From a virus (Duplodnaviria > Caudoviricetes): DNA of 34,172 nucleotides. The notes under the pieces are model-generated. The model worked only from the letters and a program-made list of their open reading frames with translations. It had not been told where the DNA came from and did not search any database. The translations under genes and the position numbers were made by a program. This document shows, piece after piece, positions 27,193-34,172 of the stretch (its first letter is position 1; each line of letters starts with the position of its first letter). The stretch lies in IMG/VR virus record IMGVR_UViG_3300005573_000206, positions 1-34,172 of that record. One strand, written 5' to 3'.

Positions 27193-27413
27193 ACTGCCTC
27201 CTTTCTCAGCTTCTCAGCCAGCTTGGGGTCAAGGCTAATCCTTACATCCGGATTATTGCTCAGGAACTGAGGCAGGAATGAATGGCCAACCTGGCCTATG
27301 AGGCTATCGCCATCATAGATATCGTAAACAGGCTCGTTTGAATCAGGCCGTTTGACCTGAAAGAATGGACCTTCAAGCCTCACTTCCACTGCTGGACTCT
27401 TGTGTAGAATCAT
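27189..27413 (-). CDS. Hypothetical protein
   Basis: GGAGGG RBS before ATG 27413. Confidence 0.6.
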   Translation of the reverse strand: MILHKSPAVEVRLEGPFFQVKRPDSNEPVYDIYDGDSLIGQVGHSFLPQFLSNNPDVRISLDPKLAEKLRKEAV

Positions 27414-28224
27414 GGCTTTGCCCTCCAAAGAGAACCGGAATCAGACTCTGCGGGTCATCGGACATGCACAGGGGCTTATATGGACAGTTCTTCATGCATA
27501 CGCCCGTTGTGATGTATGAGTTACAGGCAGACAGGTTCATGGGCCAGTCGTCCTTCCTATTGCAGTCCTGAATCATGATGTCGAGGCGGCTTACCCATTC
27601 CATCGTTCGCTTTATATCGGAGATATCAACGGGGAAGACCGAGCAGCTTATATCCGGGCCTTTCAGGCTGACCACTTCGAGGTGAACTTCCGTTATATCG
27701 GGGATATATTCCAGCAAGGCTGCCATATATATGGCAACCTGAGGGCTGTCCTGAACAGCATCTATGATACCGCTGGAGTTGAACGTAGTTGTCTTCAGCT
27801 CGAAAAGTCGCTTATGGCCATCGGTTTCTACCAGACCGTCCAGATAGCCAACCAGGGGCAGGCTGAGGCCGGCATCCAAGATGAAGGGGATTTCCCACCT
27901 TGACATTCCTTCGACCTTGGGCGTTCCTTCCGGAGGAGGGAGAGGCTTGCAGTGTTTCAGGACGTGATATAGCTGGAAGATTTCCTTGGCCTTCTGGGGA
28001 TTCCGGAGTCTGTCGCCTTCACGATTTCCCCAGACACCTAGGAAGGTCTCCATAGCCTTATCCACATCTTCGAGGGAATCCAAGAGGCTGGCATGAAGGG
28101 CCTTCCCGAAGGTTAGGGCTATCCCTTCTTCCTCCGCCGGAGGCAGGGTTTTATTCCAGTAGAACCTCTTGGGGCACTGGCTGAAAGCCAAGAGGCTGGT
28201 GTAGCTGAGATGGTCCAGATTCAT
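27373..28224 (-). CDS. Cas4/RecB-like PD-(D/E)xK exonuclease with probable Fe-S cluster
   Basis: LSYTS...QCPKRFY, FG..LH, GYLDG, ELKT, QVAIY and a C-terminal Cys cluster (C...C..CPY..LC). Confidence 0.88.
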   Translation of the reverse strand: MNLDHLSYTSLLAFSQCPKRFYWNKTLPPAEEEGIALTFGKALHASLLDSLEDVDKAMETFLGVWGNREGDRLRNPQKAKEIFQLYHVLKHCKPLPPPEGTPKVEGMSRWEIPFILDAGLSLPLVGYLDGLVETDGHKRLFELKTTTFNSSGIIDAVQDSPQVAIYMAALLEYIPDITEVHLEVVSLKGPDISCSVFPVDISDIKRTMEWVSRLDIMIQDCNRKDDWPMNLSACNSYITTGVCMKNCPYKPLCMSDDPQSLIPVLFGGQSHDSTQESSSGSEA

Positions 28225-28233
28225 AGCTCCCTC

Positions 28234-28341
28234 CTAGAAGTTACGAAGGCCAATGAAGATAAATCCACCTATTATCAATGCCCAAGTCAGAATCATGTCA
28301 AGCAGTCTTTCGACGTTCGTTCCGTCTTCGAAGAATCTCAT
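28234..28341 (-). CDS. 35-aa single-pass membrane peptide (not in the ORF track)
   Basis: GGAGG RBS; MRFFEDGTNVERLLDMILTWALIIGGFIFIGLRNF; exactly fills the gap between two genes. Confidence 0.65.
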   Translation of the reverse strand: MRFFEDGTNVERLLDMILTWALIIGGFIFIGLRNF

Positions 28342-28752
28342 CTAGAATTCCTCCAGCTTATTCCTCATCTTCATGAGGCTGGATTCTACCATAGTTCTGA
28401 AAGAATCCAAGGGCATTCCAAGGAAGTTCGCGGCAGAGGAGGGAGTCAGATTGTTGAAGAACAGGAGTGTGATAGCCTGCTTCTCAATGTCCGTAAGACA
28501 GCTCATGGCGAATCTTACGTCATACTGGAGGATGTAGTTTGACTCCCTCCCCGCCTTTGCGAACTCCACTTCTGCCTGCTTCCTTATGGATTCCTTCTTT
28601 CGCTCATCCTGGATTTTGTGCTTGATCCCTAGCTTGGTTATGGGTTCGCCTTTGAGATGTGAGCTTAGCATAAGGTCTATCGCTATCTGCTCGTGGTCAA
28701 GTTCGGGTGTGCTCATTCTTCGAATGATGTTGGTCAGATGCTCGAAGTTCAT
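28342..28752 (-). CDS. Sigma-70 region-4-like HTH protein (possible transcription regulator)
   Basis: LTDIEKQAITLLFFNNLTPSSAANFLGMP...SLMKMR; AAAGGAGG RBS. Confidence 0.7.
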   Translation of the reverse strand: MNFEHLTNIIRRMSTPELDHEQIAIDLMLSSHLKGEPITKLGIKHKIQDERKKESIRKQAEVEFAKAGRESNYILQYDVRFAMSCLTDIEKQAITLLFFNNLTPSSAANFLGMPLDSFRTMVESSLMKMRNKLEEF

Positions 28753-28769
28753 GTTCAGGCCTCCTTTCT

Positions 28770-29231
28770 TCAAAGAATCCTCTTATGCCCGTAGTACTCT
28801 TTCAATCCTTCAGTCAGAAGACTCAGAAGCTTGCGCTCTTTTTCACTCACCAGAGGGTAAACATGGTCTGCCATGTAAACGATGCCCGACAATGCTTCCT
28901 TAGTGGCAATCTCCTGTATGAGCTTGGTTCTGGTATTCTGGTCAAGCTCCCGCAGCTTTTGGGTCAGGAAATACAGCTCGGCCTGAGCTTTCGCTATCGC
29001 GAAGGTGAATTCGTGGGTGGCTTCCGTCAGGTCCCTATAGCAGTTCAGGCATAGAGGCTTCCCTTCCTCAATGAGGCGAATCTTGGCCCCCATGTCCTTC
29101 AGGTCTTCCAGAGAGTACCGGAAGTCTGGGAAGTCATGGTCCTCAACATCCACGGTCTTGATGTGGAAAATCGGGGCATCGCAGATGCAACAGACTGTCT
29201 TCTCAGCGACTCTCATGGCTACATCCTCCAC
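28770..29231 (-). CDS. Hypothetical protein with a zinc finger and coiled coil
   Basis: CCIC...CLNC followed by a helical region. Confidence 0.6.
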   Translation of the reverse strand: MEDVAMRVAEKTVCCICDAPIFHIKTVDVEDHDFPDFRYSLEDLKDMGAKIRLIEEGKPLCLNCYRDLTEATHEFTFAIAKAQAELYFLTQKLRELDQNTRTKLIQEIATKEALSGIVYMADHVYPLVSEKERKLLSLLTEGLKEYYGHKRIL

Positions 29232-29233
29232 TA

Positions 29234-29695
29234 TTAGAGCGATTCCTCATCTGTCCCACTTTGCACAATCTCCTTCAGAAGCCTCCTCGTTACCTCCGGT
29301 ATGATAGCCTTCAGTATGCCATGTTTCTTCAGGACGGCCAAGGCCGTGGCTATATCACGGAATTCATAGCTTCTGAGGGCCTTAGTGCATGTATGCCAGT
29401 CTTTCCCTTTCAACATACGGCAAGTATCAGTGTACCATGTTGAAACGAAGAGGCACCTTGCAATCTCACGAACTTGAGGAAGCTTCACCTTTTGGTAGCC
29501 CTTCCTGTAATTTCGATAGAGGCTCGTCAGGGCCGCTCCGACTTCATTGTACCACTGGCCACGGTCCGGATGCAGGTAGCCTTCAGGCTTGACGAAGCGA
29601 GGAATGATGTGCTTGGCCTTAGGGCCCAAGTCGAGGCCACCGCGGAAGCGGAAATACATGATGTTAATCTCTTGCCTTGTTAATGGCTTCTGCAT
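29234..29695 (-). CDS. Paralogue-array member G (most diverged)
   Basis: N-terminal YFRFR; C-terminal DIATALAVLKK...RRLL. Confidence 0.6.
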   Translation of the reverse strand: MQKPLTRQEINIMYFRFRGGLDLGPKAKHIIPRFVKPEGYLHPDRGQWYNEVGAALTSLYRNYRKGYQKVKLPQVREIARCLFVSTWYTDTCRMLKGKDWHTCTKALRSYEFRDIATALAVLKKHGILKAIIPEVTRRLLKEIVQSGTDEESL

Positions 29696-30042
29696 GAATC
29701 ATCCTCCACCAAGAGATGCTCATGAATGAGGTCTATGAACCGAAAGGCCGGCAGGTATTTTCTGGCAAGGCCAAGGGCCTTGGCTATGTTCTCAAGGCTA
29801 GGCTCAATCCATAGGTCATCGGCCATATCGTTGGCCAGCATCTTCTCATGGGCAGGTATATCAAGCTGGTTAATGCCAGCAAGGAGCAAAAGGCATGTAT
29901 CTCTTGCTGTAAGGCGAATGCAGCTTGAATTGATTGAGATATGGAATCGCTTCCGCATGGACCGAATGAAGGCCTCTTCGGAGAGGGTCCGGTCCTTCTT
30001 GTTCTTCAGAAGGAGGTAATCTCTCAGCTCGCTCTTAGTCAT
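29680..30042 (-). CDS. Paralogue-array member F
   Basis: ELRDYLLL...AFIRSMR...EPSLENIAKALGLARKYLPAF. Confidence 0.7.
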   Translation of the reverse strand: MTKSELRDYLLLKNKKDRTLSEEAFIRSMRKRFHISINSSCIRLTARDTCLLLLAGINQLDIPAHEKMLANDMADDLWIEPSLENIAKALGLARKYLPAFRFIDLIHEHLLVEDDSCRSH

Positions 30043-30452
30043 GGCTGTATCTCCATATGAAGCAGAATCCTTATCAGGCTGAAAGATTTATCTTGGTCCT
30101 TTATATGCCTCAGTGCTATCGCAATATTCTTCATGGAAGGGTCATCAAGCAGGTTAATATCTATGCGTGCTATGCCGTAGGCATATGCGCTGTATACTCG
30201 CTGGTATATTTCTAGGACCAGGCGTTTCGCGACCTTAAGTCGAAACTCCGTTGGCCTTTGGCTGTGCAGTTCCCTCCGCACATTCTTTTTGAACTCAATG
30301 GCCTTAGCGTTGTAAATGAAAGACTTATTCCTATATACTGGATGCTTAATGGCCAAGTCCGTCCATTGGGTCCAAAAGGGGCAATCACCATCGAGGAATT
30401 CCTCTGGAAGGATTCCCCTCATGAGGCGAAAGTACTTTCGAAAGAATTCCAT
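30039..30452 (-). CDS. Paralogue-array member E
   Basis: RKYFRLMR...FKKNVR...DPSMKNIAIALRHIK...FSLIRILL. Confidence 0.75.
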   Translation of the reverse strand: MEFFRKYFRLMRGILPEEFLDGDCPFWTQWTDLAIKHPVYRNKSFIYNAKAIEFKKNVRRELHSQRPTEFRLKVAKRLVLEIYQRVYSAYAYGIARIDINLLDDPSMKNIAIALRHIKDQDKSFSLIRILLHMEIQP

Positions 30453-30647
30453 CTCCTCAATCTCCTATCTTCATCTTGACGCTTGGCTCGAATGATATCA
30501 TGCCACGTAGGCCTTGTCATGAAAACCCCAACCGCCTTTGAGTGATATCGCGACTTAATCTCCCGTGGACGATAATCCCTCAGGTGTTCCCGAATCCGCT
30601 TCTTGAAGGAGGAAGTATCGCCTCAGGTCTTCCCTAGAGGGGATCAT
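30419..30647 (-). pseudogene. Paralogue-array member D, split across frames
   Basis: GGAG RBS and ATG 30647 give MIPSREDLRRYFLL; the +1 frame gives FKKRIREHLRDYRPREIKSRY; the third frame gives GMISFEPSVK. Confidence 0.55.
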
Positions 30648-30826
30648 GAGTGCATTCTCCTTTTGAGTATGGCTTCCTTCTGAAGGATGGGTATATCTTC
30701 TTGACGTGCCTCAAGGCAATTGTTATATTCTCGATTGAGGGTTCTCTGACTGGATACTTCGCGGCTAGGCCCCATGAGATGCTGTCGTCTTGAGTATGGC
30801 GCTAAGCCTTTGAATGGGAATGCCAT
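30634..30826 (-). pseudogene. Paralogue-array member C, family motif out of frame with its start codon
   Basis: AAAGGAG RBS and ATG 30826; the +1 frame encodes WGLAAKYPVREPSIENITIALRHVKKIYPSF. Confidence 0.6.
30663..30800. repeat. 11-bp direct repeat TTGAGTATGGC at 30663-30673 and 30790-30800
   Basis: Exact match read from the sequence; brackets the out-of-frame segment of member C. Confidence 0.6.
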
Positions 30827-30840
30827 GGCCCTCTCCTTTC

Positions 30841-31071
30841 TTAGAAGGTCAGGGAGTGAATGAGCAGGCTTCTTATGAGACTGTACGGCTCGCGGGCTTT
30901 GAGGTGCCTTAGGGCAAGGTCAAGGTTCTTTATGGAAGGTTCGTTATTAAGCAGGCGATCAATGTCAATCCTTCCTAGCTGAGGATCATCTACGATGATA
31001 CCTTGGTGCGTCATCCAGAATTCACGGGCTATGTGCCTAGCGGCCTTTTGGCGCAAGCGTGAGTATTCCAT
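30841..31071 (-). CDS. Paralogue-array member B (C-terminal half only)
   Basis: LGRIDIDRLLNNEPSIKNLDLALRHLK...YSLIRSLL; AAAGGAG RBS. Confidence 0.75.
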   Translation of the reverse strand: MEYSRLRQKAARHIAREFWMTHQGIIVDDPQLGRIDIDRLLNNEPSIKNLDLALRHLKAREPYSLIRSLLIHSLTF

Positions 31072-31087
31072 AGCTTTCTGCTCCTTT

Positions 31088-31426
31088 CTACCATGATTGT
31101 TTCATCTCACGATCCAGCATGATCCTAGTTATGGAAAAGTTGGGGTTCTTCTGCTTGATAGCCTTTAGGCCTATGGCCATATTTTGAATGGAAGGGCTTT
31201 GGCCGATTAGTCTTTTGAGGCTTCGGCCTAGCCATGGGTGCATGATGCAGAATGCCTCATATCGGGTTTCCGTAGGATATTTCTTCTTTAGCTTCAACCA
31301 GGCACGAACCTGCCGCTTGAAGACTTCGAGGTCTCGACTATCTTGGATGATGGACTTCAGCTCGTCGGGAATGCTCTTGGCCCTTTGCATCCGGAAGTAA
31401 TGTCTGGCACGTTCATCAATCAACAT
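31088..31426 (-). CDS. Paralogue-array member A
   Basis: RHYFRMQR...FKRQVR...SPSIQNMAIGLKAIKQKNPNFSITRIML. Confidence 0.75.
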   Translation of the reverse strand: MLIDERARHYFRMQRAKSIPDELKSIIQDSRDLEVFKRQVRAWLKLKKKYPTETRYEAFCIMHPWLGRSLKRLIGQSPSIQNMAIGLKAIKQKNPNFSITRIMLDREMKQSW

Positions 31427-32438
31427 AGCTCGTCCTCCCTAGTTCTACCATCCATGCTGGCGCCTTCTCATTACCTAGGATGTATACGCCAGTCCTAGGT
31501 CGTGGTGCAGGCATCGGGGTTTCGAGGTCGGAGAATACCACGATGGGACAGTTGGCGCTCGGGTCTTCTTCCTGCACTAACCGGAATGGGACGCGCAGGT
31601 CCGTGCCTCCGCCAGTTTTTAGTTCTGTAGGGACTTCGTCCTTGAATCGCTGGACGATTGATTGGTTGAAGGTGATATACTCAACGGCATAATCAGAAAA
31701 GGACTGCTCAGCTACGCTTCGGAATATCGCGATAGCGGTTTTGGGGACGCTGCTCGAGATGTCTATGAGGCAGTAGATTTTCTTCATGCTGCCACATGGC
31801 TCCGGATAGAGAAGTCGTCCTTCCTGCTCGGCATCAGCCCAGTCATCCTCATCATCGCCCGTGGCATTCTGCAGGAATGTCCGAAGGACTTGGTCGAAGG
31901 GGAAGGTAATGGTGATAGACTGAGTAGGGAATAGCCTCTCTAGGATCGTATTCGATGTGTCCCCGATGAGGCCAGCGTAGCGCCCTTCAATCTCAGTGGC
32001 GACTTCGCCCTCGCCCATGTCTTGGCCATAGCCTAGTCCTTTTAGCTCGCTCGCGCCTTCGGCCAGTAGCTTGTCGTAGATCTCCTCTTCGGTCATGTTG
32101 CTGTACTCGTACAGGCCGTGTGGTATGCTATAGCCTAGTCGCGCCAGGTGAAGCTCGATCACTACGTCGCATGCGATATTCCAGAGGTAGTGATCCCGAT
32201 TCGCCTTACGGCTAAAATGCCTCCGCGCAGGATGTGCTAGCTCATGGAGGAAAACGTGCATCCGCCCCTTCTCATCTAGGGATTGCCAGTAGGCTTTGTT
32301 AATCGTGAGAATCAAGTCTGGAGAGATGCAGGCCGTATGTATCCTGTCCCCCCATTGCAGCCTTGGGGCGAATATCGCGCCGGAGAGATAAGGGTATTCC
32401 CGTCGCAGTCTATCTCTAGTCAGATATATGCTCTGCAT
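31416..32438 (-). CDS. DUF2201-like HExxH metallopeptidase fused to a VWA domain
   Basis: HELAH...H..R and WNIACD..I; MIDAS motif IDISSS, GGGTD and FSD. Confidence 0.88.
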   Translation of the reverse strand: MQSIYLTRDRLRREYPYLSGAIFAPRLQWGDRIHTACISPDLILTINKAYWQSLDEKGRMHVFLHELAHPARRHFSRKANRDHYLWNIACDVVIELHLARLGYSIPHGLYEYSNMTEEEIYDKLLAEGASELKGLGYGQDMGEGEVATEIEGRYAGLIGDTSNTILERLFPTQSITITFPFDQVLRTFLQNATGDDEDDWADAEQEGRLLYPEPCGSMKKIYCLIDISSSVPKTAIAIFRSVAEQSFSDYAVEYITFNQSIVQRFKDEVPTELKTGGGTDLRVPFRLVQEEDPSANCPIVVFSDLETPMPAPRPRTGVYILGNEKAPAWMVELGRTSYVD

Positions 32439-32439
32439 C

Positions 32440-33414
32440 CTAGCATCCTCCTACGACCTTGACCCTCCACGAAGTCAGCTTGCTTATGATGTTGGTCGGC
32501 GGAAGGCCTAGGGCATCAATTGCCGTCCCGGCGAAGGCCGCGGCCTCATCGGGAGCAAGGTTGAGGAAAAAGGACCAGTGATCCCGTAGCTTCTTACGCA
32601 CGATGTGGCCTACGGTTTCAGTGATTACGACCCATCGGTCAATGGGGTTGAGGCTTTCCAGTAGTTTAGGATTGCCTAATATCTCCTCAGGCCTTGGGAG
32701 CTTATAGGCCTTCTGCCACGCCCCGAACTCCGTGGCGGCGGCCGCGCCTACGGCAGGAGAGATATCTTGGCCTCTGGCCAGCAGCATTGCTGCTCGGTCC
32801 CATGAGCGGGGAGAGGGGAAGGATTCTTGGCCGGAGAAATTCGGCGGAAGGCTATAGAGTAGGGAAGGCTTCGTCCTCAAGAATCCAGCGATTCTGGCAT
32901 GCGCCTCGGACTGCTGGATCGCCCATCCGCTCCATGAGTCGAGGTCAGGTTCGGCCTGTATATGCAGGAATCGAGAGGCCATGGGCGGGGGAAGAGGCTT
33001 TGCCGAGGGCATGCTTGGCCCTGGTGGATTGCCGGCCGCCACGATAGAGACTTCGTCGGAAAGCTTTCCGGCCTCGTTCTCCCTCTCCTGTATGAGAGAT
33101 AGGGCGGCGTCCATAGTTGAGGAAGGGGCAAGGTTCAGCTCGTCGAAGAAAAGGATTCCCTTCTTCATCCGGAAGAATGGCGGCTTCGTCATTCGTGTGA
33201 ATTCGCCTTCAGAATCAGGTATCGGTATACCATTGAGTCGGTGCTCTCTCCATCGGGAGAGGATACAGGTATATAGCTCTAGGCCATTCTTTTGGGCGAA
33301 AGCCCGAAGGATCGCGGTCTTCCCGATACCAGGCGGCCCCCATATGAAGAGGGGTGCATCTGGGGATATGAGACTATCGAGAGAGACGGAGTTTCCACTA
33401 GGTGTCCGAAACAT
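32440..33414 (-). CDS. MoxR/dynein-related AAA+ ATPase (start may be 33474)
   Basis: IWGPPGIGKT, ILFFDELN, VAAGNP, SRF and SPRSW motifs. Confidence 0.92.
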   Translation of the reverse strand: MFRTPSGNSVSLDSLISPDAPLFIWGPPGIGKTAILRAFAQKNGLELYTCILSRWREHRLNGIPIPDSEGEFTRMTKPPFFRMKKGILFFDELNLAPSSTMDAALSLIQERENEAGKLSDEVSIVAAGNPPGPSMPSAKPLPPPMASRFLHIQAEPDLDSWSGWAIQQSEAHARIAGFLRTKPSLLYSLPPNFSGQESFPSPRSWDRAAMLLARGQDISPAVGAAAATEFGAWQKAYKLPRPEEILGNPKLLESLNPIDRWVVITETVGHIVRKKLRDHWSFFLNLAPDEAAAFAGTAIDALGLPPTNIISKLTSWRVKVVGGC

Positions 33415-33457
33415 GGCTTCTTCCCCTTTCTGCCTTGCGGCACTTTTCCTCTTTCCC

Positions 33458-34054
33458 CTACCCGTAGATTGCATGGGAAGGCGGATTGTCCACGTAATCC
33501 TGTATCCACGCGTCAGCAGCTTTGGCTATTGCGAGGCAGTCATCCTCATCTAGCACGCTATCCTGCGCTAGAGGATGTTCACCCCCGATGCTTATGATCC
33601 AGTATTCCCGGTCTTTGACCTTAGGATACCGTTCGTACCTGGCATCAGCCCATATCAGGCATATGATGCGGTTGTCCACACCCTGCATAAACCAGAATGT
33701 CGTGCCGTTTTTGGTTCGCTCATGGCCGTTAAGGCGGCAACGGTCGAAGTTCCACTCCTGTAGTGCTTCCTCGAGCTTTTTCCTCAGGCGGTAGTTGCGC
33801 TTGAATTTTCGTCGGCAATCGGGGCAAAGAGGGATTTCTAGTGCCTCAGTATAGCAGATGTATTTCTTCTCTAGGGCACTAGCTATGGCTTGAGGGTCCT
33901 TGGCATCAATCGCTGCCCAAAGCATGTTCCATGCTGTCTGCTCCTCCGGTGTGTGCTCTCTGTATATCCTATCGTAGATGTTGTGCATCGTAGGTGTTTC
34001 CTTTCCGCACTTTGTGCACGGTGTCATTATCTTGGCCCTCGCAATCCAGTCCAT
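33458..34054 (-). CDS. Hypothetical early protein with a split zinc finger
   Basis: CTKC...CPDC; AAGGAG RBS. Confidence 0.7.
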   Translation of the reverse strand: MDWIARAKIMTPCTKCGKETPTMHNIYDRIYREHTPEEQTAWNMLWAAIDAKDPQAIASALEKKYICYTEALEIPLCPDCRRKFKRNYRLRKKLEEALQEWNFDRCRLNGHERTKNGTTFWFMQGVDNRIICLIWADARYERYPKVKDREYWIISIGGEHPLAQDSVLDEDDCLAIAKAADAWIQDYVDNPPSHAIYG

Positions 34055-34068
34055 GGTCCTCTCCTTCT

Positions 34069-34144
34069 GCCTTACGGCTTCCCCCTTTCTCCCCGCCCAA
34101 GGGCGGGCATCGGCGGAAAGGGGGAGAAGAACCGGTGCCCGCCC
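34069..34144. promoter_or_regulatory. Structured non-coding element (interleaved stems, pseudoknot topology)
   Basis: Stems 34080-34089/34116-34125, 34101-34113/34132-34144, 34092-34098/34101-34107, and a GCC-GTAA-GGC hairpin on the minus strand. Confidence 0.55.
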
Positions 34145-34172
34145 TGTAGGTTTTCTTCTTATCTCTTATTCT

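Larger units (their letters stand above)
1..34172. mobile_element. Tailed dsDNA bacteriophage genome (podovirus-like), incomplete at both ends
   Basis: Terminase-portal-scaffold-capsid-adaptor-nozzle-ejection gene order with no tape measure or sheath; convergent replication arm; no host housekeeping genes. Confidence 0.96.

Noticed and set aside
27373-28224. Cas4-like gene as a sign of a CRISPR system
   Set aside because: No repeat-spacer array or other cas genes; it sits in a standard exonuclease/Sak4/SSB recombination module.
30826-34068. Similar AAGGAGAGG.CCATGG sequences before 30826 and 34054 as a phage promoter repeat
   Set aside because: Adequately explained as Shine-Dalgarno plus start codon.
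1-34172. Stop-codon reassignment
   Set aside because: Core genes are full length under the standard bacterial code and all three stops end genes; broken frames are confined to 30.4-30.8 kb.
1-34172. Terminal repeats, attachment sites, tRNA or rRNA genes
   Set aside because: The two ends share no sequence and no cloverleaf or rRNA-like stretch was seen; there is almost no intergenic space.

Overview
This window is a dense, nearly complete tailed dsDNA phage genome with a podovirus-like layout; both ends are cut and no terminal repeat is visible. The + strand (1-19.5 kb) is the late operon: fibre, lysis cassette (holin, overlapping spanin pair, no recognisable endolysin), terminases, portal, scaffold, major capsid, decoration protein, glycosyltransferase, tail adaptor and nozzle, GNAT, three ejection proteins and a degenerate PurD-like protein. 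The - strand (19.5-34.1 kb) is the early/replication arm: MoxR AAA+ with a peptidase-VWA partner, a tandem array of about 7 related small genes, a recombination module, a dead XRE-ImmA protein, DUF1599, a ParB-methyltransferase, a UDG-fused PolA and a DUF3987 helicase. The best candidates for new biology are (1) the paralogue array, two members of which are hidden in shifted frames, coupled to the AAA+/VWA pair; (2) a cluster of enzymes with altered catalytic motifs next to the His762 UDG-PolA; (3) a pseudoknot-like leader at the right end; and (4) GATC avoidance that stops at about 30.6 kb. All family calls come from motif recognition by eye; no database search was run.
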